64,000 bases of DNA from Escherichia virus TH47. The notes beneath the pieces are model-generated. The model worked only from the letters and a program-made list of their open reading frames with translations, was not told where the DNA came from and made no database searches. The stretch is taken from the sequence record MT446416.1; one strand, given 5' to 3'. The translations under genes were made by a program, and so were the position numbers. Below are positions 9,064 to 23,700 of the stretch, piece by piece (the stretch's first letter is position 1; every line of letters starts with the position of its first letter).

Positions 9064-10181
9064 TATTCCTCACTAGTGTCGATATCAGTACCAAATGATT
9101 CATCACCTTTTTCTTCTTCTTTGACGTCTTCAATCAACGGGTGACGTTTGAATTGATTCATAACTAAATCAAGGCAAGAATCTTCGTTACGCATCCATTC
9201 TTTACGATATTTTAGAATCTGTTCACCAGTGTCTATATCAACGTACATTAGACGGTTACCCGATTTAACGATAAGTTCATATTTCTCAAACATATCTAGT
9301 AGACCACTGCGTGGGTCCATACCTTTATCCCAAGGAATTTTAATCTCAACATCTTCAAATGGCTTGTTGTAACGAGTCTTCATGACTTTACATTTAGAAC
9401 GAATACCACTTACATCTGAAGTCTTGTTGCCTTCTTCATCTTCTTTAAGTTTTAGTTTACCCATTGCGATAACCATAGAAGATGCATAAATCAAACCACT
9501 ACCACCAGATACTTTTGGGTCAGGGTTGAACATATCTTGGGATTCATAACTATGGTTTACACAAACCATACCAATGTTAAGTGAACCAATCGAGTTTACG
9601 CAGTTGGTGATGTAAGCTTTAAGCTGTTTAGGTTTGTGACCCATATCACCTTTCAAGTTACCAGCTTTCATCTGGTCATTAGCAACTTCAGTATTCAACA
9701 TACCAATTGAGTCGATAATGAATAATACTTTTTGACGTTCTTCTTTAGGAGTATTTTCGTATTCTTTACGATACCCTTCGATGAACTCATAGGTAAATTT
9801 AGCAACATCACCAATCATACCCATGTTTACTTTTAGTAGTTTTTCTTCTGAAGTGTCTACGCCTAGTGCTTGTAGCCAATCTGAATCCAATGCGTTCTCG
9901 GAATCAATCATAACAACAAAGATACCTTGTTGTTGTGCTTCACGGGCGATGTTTCCAGAAACGATAAATGATTTACCAGAACCAGATTCACCAGCAAACA
10001 TTGTTACTTTACCTAGTGGAATACCACGGTCAAAATAACCACTAATACGATAGTTCAAAGCAAAGTTACCAGTACTAATCCATGTATCAGGATCATGAAA
10101 GCCTACACTAACACCAGTATTCTTTTTAACACTACCAGTACTATTTTTTAGAATGTTTGCAAAACCACTTGTCATTTTCAT
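9063..10181 (-). CDS. uvsX: UvsX, RecA-like recombinase
   Basis: Walker A GESGSGKSF, Walker B-like VVMIDS and overall RecA/UvsX layout; 372 aa. Confidence 0.9.
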   Translation of the reverse strand: MKMTSGFANILKNSTGSVKKNTGVSVGFHDPDTWISTGNFALNYRISGYFDRGIPLGKVTMFAGESGSGKSFIVSGNIAREAQQQGIFVVMIDSENALDSDWLQALGVDTSEEKLLKVNMGMIGDVAKFTYEFIEGYRKEYENTPKEERQKVLFIIDSIGMLNTEVANDQMKAGNLKGDMGHKPKQLKAYITNCVNSIGSLNIGMVCVNHSYESQDMFNPDPKVSGGSGLIYASSMVIAMGKLKLKEDEEGNKTSDVSGIRSKCKVMKTRYNKPFEDVEIKIPWDKGMDPRSGLLDMFEKYELIVKSGNRLMYVDIDTGEQILKYRKEWMRNEDSCLDLVMNQFKRHPLIEDVKEEEKGDESFGTDIDTSEE

Positions 10182-10204
10182 AATTCGCTCCTTGAATTTT
10201 ATGA

Positions 10205-10233
10205 AATAAAACGGGGCAAACTCCGTTGCCCCT
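10205..10233 (-). terminator. terminator between gene 32 and uvsX
   Basis: Minus-strand reading GGGGCAAcggagtTTGCCCC followed by gttttattt. Confidence 0.55.
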
Positions 10234-10250
10234 TAACTTTTCAAATACTA

Positions 10251-11318
10251 TTACTTACCTTGTTGTTTCAAACGAGCAACTAGTGCAGATGCAGAAAGTT
10301 GTTCTTTTGGAGCTTCAGCTACTGGTGCTGGTGCAGTAGCTACTGGTTCAGCAGCAGGAGTAGGAGTAGCTACTGGTGCTTGCGGTGCAGGAGTTTGTGC
10401 AGGAGCAGGTTGTTGTACTGGAGCTTGTGGAGCAGGTTTGTTTTCACTAATAGTACCAGTTGTTGGTTTTTGTACACCTGCTGGACGGTAAGCGAAAGCC
10501 CAACGTGCAGGGTCATAAGGTTTACCATCAACAGATGCTTCGAACATTTCTTCGATAGCTTTTAGTTCTTCTGGAGTTGGTTGTTTTGGCATAAAATCAT
10601 TTAGATTATATAGACCAAACTTTTCAATCGCTGCTAGTTCTTCTTCATTGAGTGGACGCTCGGACATGGAGAATTGAGACATGTCATAGCTATTGTAACC
10701 ACCACCATTCTTAGTTTTAACAATACCAAAGTCACGACCATGAATATAGTGAGTTGGTAGTTCTTTGATGCCTGGATTTAGCAGGATAGATTTAACTTTA
10801 TCAAAGATATCTTTGTTAGCTAGGATACGACGGATTGGGTTTTCTGGAGCAATATCGTCTTTTACTGCTACGCTATCAGGAGCAACGAAACATTGCATTA
10901 GATAGGTTTTCTTTTTCCAGTAACGACCAGCCATTGCTTTCAGTTCTTCGTTTCCAGTTTCATTCGCACTTTGGAACCATTGACGTACTTCTTTAAGAAT
11001 TGGACATGATTTAGGAACCCACATTTCGTTACATGGTACTTGAACGGTAACTTTATCAGTGTGCATACCAACAATACCTTGGAACGTTAGGTTGATCATA
11101 TCACGTTCACGCCAGAAGAATGGGTTAGACTCATCAGCATCTGGTAGAAAACGTAGGTTTAGTGGTTCATTGTAAGGGACATTCCAGAAAGCTAGGAAAG
11201 AATCGGCTTTACGGTCGCCTGTAAATGTACCATTCTTCTGTGCTTCTGCTTTTTCTTGTTCAGCTTTTAGTTTTGCACGAATTTCAGCTAGAGTTTGCAT
11301 ATTGGGCTTCCTTGTCAT
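10251..11318 (-). CDS. 32: gp32-like ssDNA-binding protein with Pro/Ala-rich C-terminal tail
   Basis: N-terminal LNLRFLPDADESNPFFW resembles the T4 gp32 core (IRFLPSKNDEQAPF); His/Cys cluster HTDKVTVQVPCNEMWVPKSCP; strong AAGGAAG SD. C-terminus is a PAPQAP-type low-complexity linker. Confidence 0.75.
   Translation of the reverse strand: MTRKPNMQTLAEIRAKLKAEQEKAEAQKNGTFTGDRKADSFLAFWNVPYNEPLNLRFLPDADESNPFFWRERDMINLTFQGIVGMHTDKVTVQVPCNEMWVPKSCPILKEVRQWFQSANETGNEELKAMAGRYWKKKTYLMQCFVAPDSVAVKDDIAPENPIRRILANKDIFDKVKSILLNPGIKELPTHYIHGRDFGIVKTKNGGGYNSYDMSQFSMSERPLNEEELAAIEKFGLYNLNDFMPKQPTPEELKAIEEMFEASVDGKPYDPARWAFAYRPAGVQKPTTGTISENKPAPQAPVQQPAPAQTPAPQAPVATPTPAAEPVATAPAPVAEAPKEQLSASALVARLKQQGK
10290..10440. 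repeat. imperfect short tandem repeats (GCAGGAGNN / GCTACTGGT units) encoding the Pro/Ala-rich tail of gp32
   Basis: Repeated gctactggtgct, gcaggagtaggagta and gcaggagcaggt units on the plus strand, within the 3' end of gene 32. Confidence 0.6.
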
Positions 11319-11387
11319 TAGTTTGTTTGTTAAGTTTTAACGGGCTATTAACGTTGATTTGTCTTCATTGACTCATCAACAATTTAC

Positions 11388-11417
11388 ATTATATCATGGG
11401 ATTTTTAACCGTCCCAA
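11388..11417 (-). promoter_or_regulatory. sigma70-like promoter (TTGGGA - 18 nt - extended -10 TGATATAAT) upstream of gene 32
   Basis: Minus-strand reading ...TTGGGAcggttaaaaatcccaTGATATAAT..., about 70-95 nt before the gene 32 ATG. Confidence 0.5.
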
Positions 11418-11462
11418 GGTTTTTTACTCTGTTTGTCAAGGCTCATTGCCCTGACAAACATC

Positions 11463-16718
<5,256 letters not shown>

Positions 16719-16722
16719 GATT

Positions 16723-16806
16723 TGATAAATAATATCATAGAGATCAGGGAATATTGCCTTAAATTTAAATGTGGTTTATATTTTTTGATAAATAATATTA
16801 AGCAGG
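16723..16806 (+). promoter_or_regulatory. two GATAAATAAT boxes upstream of the Ala-rich gene pair
   Basis: ttGATAAATAATatcata at 16723-16732 and ttGATAAATAATattaag at 16797-16806, the latter about 35 nt before the ATG at 16841. Confidence 0.45.
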
Positions 16807-16840
16807 GTGTTCCTGCACAAAATTTGACAAGGAGATTTTT

Positions 16841-17440
16841 ATGAGTCTTAATTCTTTTAACCGTAACTATGGTATGTCTGCTACTGCTCGTGAATACTGG
16901 GGTGGTAACAATGGTTTCGTAACCATCGTTGTTGATCTACCAGCAGATGTTGAAGTTGGTACTACCGCTGTTACTTCTGACGGTTCCGAAATTCAAGATG
17001 AAGCACTACAAACTGCAATCAGTAATGCTCAATACAACCAATTCATGATTACCCAACTACTACAACAACGTGCAGTACTAGTTACTACTTCCGTACTAGC
17101 TCTAGACACCGCTGTTGTTATCCCTGCTGACTTTAAAACCGTTGGTGGTAACGTAATCGCGTTTGGTACTAGTGGTACTGATGTTGCAGGTGGTGCTGGT
17201 TCTGTTGCTCTAACCTTCATCTGTGAACGTCAAGACGTATTTGACAAACAAGAAGTTCGCCCAGGTGCTGCTTACTCTGTTCCAGTTGATCCAACTGTTG
17301 AACTAGCTAAAGCAATTGCACAAGCTAAATTCTTCCGTACCAAATCTTATGTTGCTCTAGGTACTGATGGTGTTGGTGATGCTGCTGCGGCTGACGCTGT
17401 TGCAATTAAAGTTCGTGCTGCTCTACCAGTACAACTATAA
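16841..17440 (+). CDS. Ala/Val/Thr-rich protein (199 aa), paralog A of a tandem pair, unknown function
   Basis: Strong SD (AAGGAGA); shares QQRAV(L/I)(V/I)(T/A)TS and (L/V)TF(I/L)(C/V)ER(Q/A)(D/N)VFDK blocks with the next gene; on the opposite strand to all flanking genes. Confidence 0.7.
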   Translation: MSLNSFNRNYGMSATAREYWGGNNGFVTIVVDLPADVEVGTTAVTSDGSEIQDEALQTAISNAQYNQFMITQLLQQRAVLVTTSVLALDTAVVIPADFKTVGGNVIAFGTSGTDVAGGAGSVALTFICERQDVFDKQEVRPGAAYSVPVDPTVELAKAIAQAKFFRTKSYVALGTDGVGDAAAADAVAIKVRAALPVQL

Positions 17441-17455
17441 TAGGGGGACTACAAT

Positions 17456-18145
17456 ATGTCTAATACTAATACTTCTTTTGAACGTATCAATGGTTATTCC
17501 TTTGATAAAATTCTAGGTTACTTCTGTGGTAAAAACGCCCTAGCATCTATCGCAATTAGTAAAATTGGTAATGTTAACGTGCGTGTTACTGGTGCAGTTG
17601 GTTCTTTCGCTGGTCTACAACGTTTCCTAAACACTGACGTAGCTGATGAAATCGTTGCATATCTAAACGAAAAAGGTATCATCCGTATCGATGGTACTCC
17701 ATTTGAAGCAGCAACTCTAGAAGCTGATTATAACGCTGCTTACGCTGCACAAACTAACGTTAAACGTATCGTTGATGTTGTTCAACAACGTGCAGTTATC
17801 ATCGCTACTTCCGAAATCGCTGGCAACGACGCTGAGCCATTTGCAGTTACTGGTTTTACCAACGCTGCTGACGGTATCCTAAGTGTTGGTGCTGTTGATA
17901 TCGCTAGTGCTTCAGTAGTTACTTTCCTCGTTGAACGTGCTAACGTATTTGATAAAGATATTCAATCTTTCCAAGGCGTTCCGAGTACTGAGATCGAAGA
18001 AGGCCGTCTACTAATTGATGACCTAACCGCAGTTCCACTACTCGCTAAAGATGGTGTTACTGAAGTTGTTCTACGTTCCCAAGCTGCTGATGCTGCTGGT
18101 GACTTCGGTATCAAACTATTCAAATTCATCCCAGCGATGGTTTAA
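17456..18145 (+). CDS. Ala/Val/Thr-rich protein (229 aa), paralog B of a tandem pair, unknown function
   Basis: SD AGGGGGA 8 nt upstream; paralogous to 16841..17440; followed by a bidirectional hairpin terminator. Confidence 0.7.
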   Translation: MSNTNTSFERINGYSFDKILGYFCGKNALASIAISKIGNVNVRVTGAVGSFAGLQRFLNTDVADEIVAYLNEKGIIRIDGTPFEAATLEADYNAAYAAQTNVKRIVDVVQQRAVIIATSEIAGNDAEPFAVTGFTNAADGILSVGAVDIASASVVTFLVERANVFDKDIQSFQGVPSTEIEEGRLLIDDLTAVPLLAKDGVTEVVLRSQAADAAGDFGIKLFKFIPAMV

Positions 18146-18162
18146 TAAATTAAAGATAAAAG

Positions 18163-18193
18163 AAAAGGAGAGCTTTTGCTCTCCTTTTTTATT
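18163..18193. terminator. bidirectional rho-independent terminator
   Basis: aaaaGGAGAGCttttGCTCTCCtttttt: 7 bp GC-rich stem flanked by an A-run and a T-run, between convergent genes ending at 18145 and 18189. Confidence 0.7.
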
Positions 18194-18914
18194 TGTATGA
18201 ACGGAACCCTTCAGGTAAACCAGGTAGATTCTCTAACCCTTCGTTCGCATTCACTAGCTTTACGTCATAATCATCACTGAAATCATCCGTAGCTAGTTTA
18301 CGCCCCATGTCTCTAACGAAGTTGTCAATAATTTCTTCTTCGTCATTACCTGGATGACCTTCCGCTTTTAACTTTTTCCAAAAGTATTCATTATAATCAA
18401 AAACAAATTCAACTTCATTTGTTTCTGGATTAAGTACTACATCCAAATCAATCCAAGGTTCTTTACGTAAAGTAAAGATTTCCTTTGAATACTCTTGTTG
18501 TGTAATCTCTTCATAACGATATGCAAACTCGATAGCTTTAAGACGTTTGTCATCACCATCAGGCATTAGTTCGATTACTTCCATATCATACTCTTTTTGA
18601 GTAATTGCACCAGTACTCAATTTGGCATCAAGTAATTTTACATTATACTCATCACGGGTAATCTTGGAATACTTCAATTGTACATCTGCCTGTGCTATTA
18701 GATAATCAAGAGTTTCTAATACATTGTATTTCTTTTTGATATCCAACTGTGCTACATCAACTTCATATGGTGTTAGATATGTAAGTTCTGCAACTAACAT
18801 ATCAGCTTCATAATCATCGTTATAGTAGTATGCTTTCGCAATCTCTTTCGCTTTTCCAGAAAGTCCCCAGTGAGCGGGGACCATCCAGAAAGGAATAAAC
18901 CTTTTTTTAGCCAT
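18189..18914 (-). CDS. hypothetical protein (about 241 aa)
   Basis: Track ORF begins at a TTG; first ATG (MAKKRF) is at 18914 and overlaps the stop of the upstream GroES-like gene by 8 nt. Confidence 0.5.
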   Translation of the reverse strand: MAKKRFIPFWMVPAHWGLSGKAKEIAKAYYYNDDYEADMLVAELTYLTPYEVDVAQLDIKKKYNVLETLDYLIAQADVQLKYSKITRDEYNVKLLDAKLSTGAITQKEYDMEVIELMPDGDDKRLKAIEFAYRYEEITQQEYSKEIFTLRKEPWIDLDVVLNPETNEVEFVFDYNEYFWKKLKAEGHPGNDEEEIIDNFVRDMGRKLATDDFSDDYDVKLVNANEGLENLPGLPEGFRSYK

Positions 18915-19209
18915 TTGATTTCTTACCAAAAATTTCTTCAATTTTCATCACATAATATGTGTCTTCACCACCACCAAGATCTTCAGTGATAGGAGTGTTT
19001 AGTGATGAACGACCGAATACAACCATATCACCAACACAAATATTATGTTCTGCAATTTGTCCATTAGGTAGTACTTTACCTTCACCAACTGAAATCACCA
19101 TACCAACACATGGTGGTTCAACGTTTCCTAGGATAATACCACCAGTACTTTTATTCTGTGCTTCAATTTGACGAACCAGTACATAATCGTTAATCATTTT
19201 AATTTTCAT
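18907..19209 (-). CDS. GroES-like co-chaperonin (Cpn10 family)
   Basis: About 100 aa with Cpn10 pattern: YVLVRQIE...STGGIILG...GMVISVGEGKVLPNGQ...VGDMVVFGR. Start MKIKM at 19209 with GGAGG SD. Confidence 0.6.
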   Translation of the reverse strand: MKIKMINDYVLVRQIEAQNKSTGGIILGNVEPPCVGMVISVGEGKVLPNGQIAEHNICVGDMVVFGRSSLNTPITEDLGGGEDTYYVMKIEEIFGKKSNG

Positions 19210-19210
19210 A

Positions 19211-19417
19211 TCAGTAACCTCCAGTGTTTGCAAACCATTTACCACGGAAATAAAGATTAGCACCTTTATCACCTGGGGTAAAAACTTCCAACTTCATAGT
19301 CTTCTCACCATTACATTGTGGACAATCATGAGGTTCTTCACGATTGGCAATTTTTACAATCTTTTCTAAACTGTGTTTACATTCTTCTTTTTCACAACGA
19401 TATGTATATAATGGCAT
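19211..19417 (-). CDS. zinc-ribbon protein (FmdB-like CxxC...CPxCxG)
   Basis: 68 aa; YTYRCEKEEC...HDCPQCNG. Preceded by a TATAAATAAT element and a hairpin. Confidence 0.5.
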   Translation of the reverse strand: MPLYTYRCEKEECKHSLEKIVKIANREEPHDCPQCNGEKTMKLEVFTPGDKGANLYFRGKWFANTGGY

Positions 19418-19449
19418 TTTTTTGTCTTCCTTTACTTATTTTTAAATCA

Positions 19450-19482
19450 AAAATTTGGGGAACTCCATGTTCCCCATTATTT
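19450..19482 (-). terminator. hairpin (terminator or attenuator) between the clamp-like and zinc-ribbon genes
   Basis: Minus-strand reading GGGGAACatggaGTTCCCC followed by aaattttt. Confidence 0.4.
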
Positions 19483-19486
19483 ATAT
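19477..19486 (-). promoter_or_regulatory. late promoter-like box TATAAATAAT upstream of the zinc-ribbon gene
   Basis: Minus-strand reading gctaaTATAAATAATgggg, immediately after the clamp-like gene stop and before a hairpin. Confidence 0.4.
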
Positions 19487-20217
19487 TAGCAACCAGTTAC
19501 GTAAATCTTGTATACCGCAATACCAGTGTCTAGAGTTACGTTTAGCATACCAGTTTTGGTAATACCTAGGGTAACAGATTCTGCGTTAGAAACGCGAGAT
19601 AGAGCTTGTAGAACACGGTCAATGTTATAACCAAAACCAAGACCTAGTTCACCTTCAGTTTTAGAGAATGCTAGTGCACCAACGTGGTTACTTTTGTTCT
19701 TCTCACCAACGTGGAAGTAAAGAGTATCACCTTCAGTGTATGGAGTTACTAGAGAACTGAAAGATTTAAACACACCAGAGAAGCTTTTTAGTTCCTGAAC
19801 TTTAGCTGCACTAGGTGTAACCTGTACGTCATATGGTTGTTCGTGGAAACGAGGCTGGGCTGGAATTAGTTTTTCTGGTTGAACCATGAAAGTAGTACTT
19901 GCATCTTCTGCTTTGAATGCTAGGCTCTTAACTGCACCATCTTTCAAATTAGAAGTGATAGTAGTTCCTTCAGTACTATAAGTTTTTAGAGACATTAGAC
20001 CCTGTAGAAGACCTAGGTTACCAAGACCAAAACGACCTTGAACTTCTGGTACGTTTTCTTTAGTGTGAGCACGCATAACTAGGGTGCGGTCATCGGTGTA
20101 TGCTTCCATGTAAACACGCTGTCCATCACCACGGTCTTCACTGCTAACTGCGATACAAGAAAAGTCGATGCCGTTGGTAGTGTTAACTAGGTCACGTAGT
20201 ACGTTGCGTAGATCCAT
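19486..20217 (-). CDS. possible sliding clamp (gp45-like), tentative
   Basis: 243 aa, similar size to T4 gp45, with loose N-terminal resemblance (VLRDLVNTTNGIDF vs LLKNFATINSGIML). Preceded by a TTGAGA-N18-TATAAT promoter and GGAG SD. Confidence 0.35.
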   Translation of the reverse strand: MDLRNVLRDLVNTTNGIDFSCIAVSSEDRGDGQRVYMEAYTDDRTLVMRAHTKENVPEVQGRFGLGNLGLLQGLMSLKTYSTEGTTITSNLKDGAVKSLAFKAEDASTTFMVQPEKLIPAQPRFHEQPYDVQVTPSAAKVQELKSFSGVFKSFSSLVTPYTEGDTLYFHVGEKNKSNHVGALAFSKTEGELGLGFGYNIDRVLQALSRVSNAESVTLGITKTGMLNVTLDTGIAVYKIYVTGC

Positions 20218-20284
20218 TATATAATTCTCCGTTTTATTTGTTAATCAAAAATGTTTTTGTATGCTTCAGATTACTACAAGCACC

Positions 20285-20314
20285 ATTATATCTCGTGAAT
20301 GATGCTTGTCTCAA
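20285..20314 (-). promoter_or_regulatory. sigma70-like promoter (TTGAGA - 18 nt - TATAAT) upstream of the clamp-like gene
   Basis: Minus-strand reading TTGAGAcaagcatcattcacgagaTATAAT, about 68 nt before the ATG at 20217. Confidence 0.45.
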
Positions 20315-20321
20315 TTTTTTA

Positions 20322-20624
20322 TCAGTATTTTGTGTTCCAACGTTTAAGGTACGGCTTATCAGAGTTTGCACCTGCACCAATGTTGAATTTGTAACGTAGA
20401 TGTTCTAAGTCTTTTAACGTGTTAACATCTTCAACAATGACAACTTTGCGTTTCTTTTCAATAGAATAGACGTCAACAATCTCACCGTCAATTTCAACAG
20501 AACCAGTTCTGGTGAAACCAGCAGACATTAGAACAACTTCATCATCATTATTGTATGCAAGTACTGAATTTACGATAGTACTATCTTCCAGTACTGCACC
20601 AACACGCTTATAGATATTTTCCAT
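20322..20624 (-). CDS. hypothetical protein (about 100 aa)
   Basis: Start moved to MENIYK (AGGAG SD 7 nt upstream); lies between polymerase and the clamp-like gene. Confidence 0.45.
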   Translation of the reverse strand: MENIYKRVGAVLEDSTIVNSVLAYNNDDEVVLMSAGFTRTGSVEIDGEIVDVYSIEKKRKVVIVEDVNTLKDLEHLRYKFNIGAGANSDKPYLKRWNTKY

Positions 20625-20625
20625 A

Positions 20626-20766
20626 TTACTCTCCTTGGGATGCACTCCATAAAACGTACTGTTCCCACGCCTCGTTAACACTGTCCTCAGACAGTGCTAG
20701 TGATTCATCAGAGAATACGTCATTTACTTCGTCATATTTTAGTTTAGTTTCGTCTGCAATAATCAT
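20626..20766 (-). CDS. hypothetical small acidic protein (about 46 aa)
   Basis: Start MIIADET at 20766 (AGGAA SD), just downstream of the polymerase stop. Confidence 0.3.
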   Translation of the reverse strand: MIIADETKLKYDEVNDVFSDESLALSEDSVNEAWEQYVLWSASQGE

Positions 20767-20776
20767 AATATTTTCC

Positions 20777-23700
20777 TTACCAGGTGAAGAATCCGTTATT
20801 AACGGCTGCTGTACTTTTCTCATGAATACCAATATCCATATCCAGAATACCAAAAATGTTTTCTAATTTTTTAGTTAGAACTATTTCTTCCATTTTCTCT
20901 GTATCAAATGGTAGTTCTAAGAACCATTCAGGTAGATATTCCACACAGTCAATTGGATAACCTACTGCTTTGATACCCATCGGGTTATCTTTTAAGTTAC
21001 ATACAATTACTTTTGTACCATCAGTTACTTCAGGTACAGATTTGTCATCATATACTTCACGTAGACGGTTCCATTGAATACCTGCTAATACGTGACCAAC
21101 TTTACATTTACCAGAAACTTCATATTCTGCTTCTAAGTTGGTATAGTTCTTAACAGTTTTTGGTGAACCCTTTTCGTGTACTGGCATGTCTTTAAATACC
21201 TCTTTAAAGTCACGTACACGCTGTTTAAGTTGAGCCTCAGACTCACCCACCAGCAATGCAATTAGAGTCTCTTCTAGGAAGTTCTGGATGTATTTTGGTG
21301 TGTCTGAACGTTTAATTTCAAGACCCATCGCTTTAATTTCACCAGGCTTACCATCAACATCTTTACGGAAACCATCTTCCCAGTACTTGAGAATTGCATA
21401 ACGCTTTTTCTTCAGGAATAGACCACGGGAACCGACCATCTCTAGGTCTGCACCAACAATCTTACCTTTCTCAATACCAGTATTGAACATTTCGTTCATG
21501 AATGAAGGGAATGATTCACCAACTTCATCACCGATTTTGATATACATGTCAACGATTTCTTCTTTAGAAAGATTATATGGAATACCTTGTTCTTTCAGGT
21601 AATGAGTTACACTGAAATAAACGGAGTCGGTATCACCGTAAATCACAGAGCCACCTTGGTGATTATAAACGCCAGTAGTGATTTCATTGATACGGCTTGC
21701 CATATGTTTAGTCATAGAACGACCAGTTAAGGTAACGGACTGACCTAAACGCTTATCAAAGAAACGTGAACCTTTGTTCAATAGTGCACCATATAGACTG
21801 TTTAGAAGAATCTTACGAATTTGCTGGTTCTGTTTCCAGAATGCACTTTGCTGTTTGAAGTAATTCTTATCTTCCGTTGCACAGAAAATACGACCATCTT
21901 TTAGTACTAAACCATTTTCAACAATGAGTCTTGCAACTTCTTCCCATTGACCTTTGCCAATAGCAATACGTAATAGATATACAGGGTCATTGTCATGTAA
22001 GTTTGTACGGAACATTGTACCACTTGTGTAGTTAGATAGCAAAGGTTCAACCTTCTCAGAACCATTGAATTCCCACCCATCACTATACATGTGTTTGTAG
22101 TCGATTACCATTTTTTGTTGTGCTTTACGCTCAGAATACCATTGAGTAAGAATATCTGGGATTACACCATACTTAGACTTATCAAAAAGTGTTCCGTTAG
22201 CACTTAGTACAATAGTACTGTCTTCAGCAAAGATAATATCATACAATTCTTTACCAGTTGCATTGAACGAACTACCATCTTCTAAATCAACAATCAAAGT
22301 TTTGTCTGATTTTTCATGAACCATTGTAAATTCTACAGCAGCAAATAAACCATGCCATGCGGCGGTCCAATCAGGTTCAAACGCTTTAGATTTGGATTTA
22401 GCTTTTTGTTCTTGTACTTTAGCAGCAAGATATGCATCAGTGTAATCTTGACGAAGTTGACCAAGAATACATTCAGTACTCATGCCAAGTGTACGTAGTA
22501 CAGTTGGATACAATGAGTTAAAGTCTGTACATCCCAAATCGCTAACAAGGCCAAGAACTGGATCTTGAACCCATGCACCAGCAGCTTTTGCACTGATTTT
22601 CTCATCTTCTTCATCACCTTCTTCACCATAGTACTCCATCTCTGGATCTAACTCAATGTCATCTTTCGGTGCTTTGTTAAAAACAACTTCACCGCGACTG
22701 TGAGCAAGGTTGATGATAGCAGTGTCGATTAGTGCAACCGAACCCATTGTAGTACTAATTAGTACACATTCTTTATGTGCAAGACGGTTATGCAGGTTGA
22801 TAAAGTCACATTTAGCATCAATTTTCTTTAGAAGAATACTATCCTGCTTAGAATAACGCAAGAATGTAATGTAATCTTCGCGGTATAATTTATCCAAAGA
22901 ACCTTCATAGGATACTTTGTTTTCTTTAGTTACCTTTTCAGCAATATAATCTAGTTTGTACGACTGTTCAACTTGACCAGCATGTTTCTTATAAAGAGCA
23001 AGATAGTCTAAGTGTACACGACCAATAAGATCATATGTTACTACAGTTTTACCAAAGTTATCAGCTTCACGAGCATTTGGTTTTTTATTCCACAAGCACC
23101 AACGAGCAGTAGTTGCTTCGTTGAAGATTTTCTTGGTACGGTTTACCATATATGGAATATCAAAGAATTCACTGTTCCAACCTGAAATTACATCAGAGTC
23201 ATCGATTAGACTAAAGAACTCCATAAACATTTCTTTCTCATCCGTATAAAGGATGACAGTACTGTTAGGGTCGTTAGTTTCTTCGTTTAACTGACGAACA
23301 ATATCTTGTGCTTCGTACATTTCCATATCAGTTGGTGGCAAAGTCAATACATAATCCTTACCAGTCCATGATTGATAGAGAGAAATTGCAGTTACACGGT
23401 TGAATGGATCTGATGGTGGAGCATAACCAAACTTCTTATGGAAGTCGGTTTCGATATCGAAAAATGCTACGTTCAAATCCGGCGATCCTTTACCCATGTA
23501 TTCTCTAGCCAACGTTTTGAAGGTAATGTTGCAATCACTTTCAAAAATACGTAGACCTTCATTTTTATGTTGCTCAACGCTTTTATTCATCTGTGATTGA
23601 GTTTCAAACTCCAAATGCTTTGCGTTGGTTCCATAAATTGTTTTGTGTTCACCAGTAGGAGATTCAACATAATATTCATATACTGGGTCCAACTGACGTA

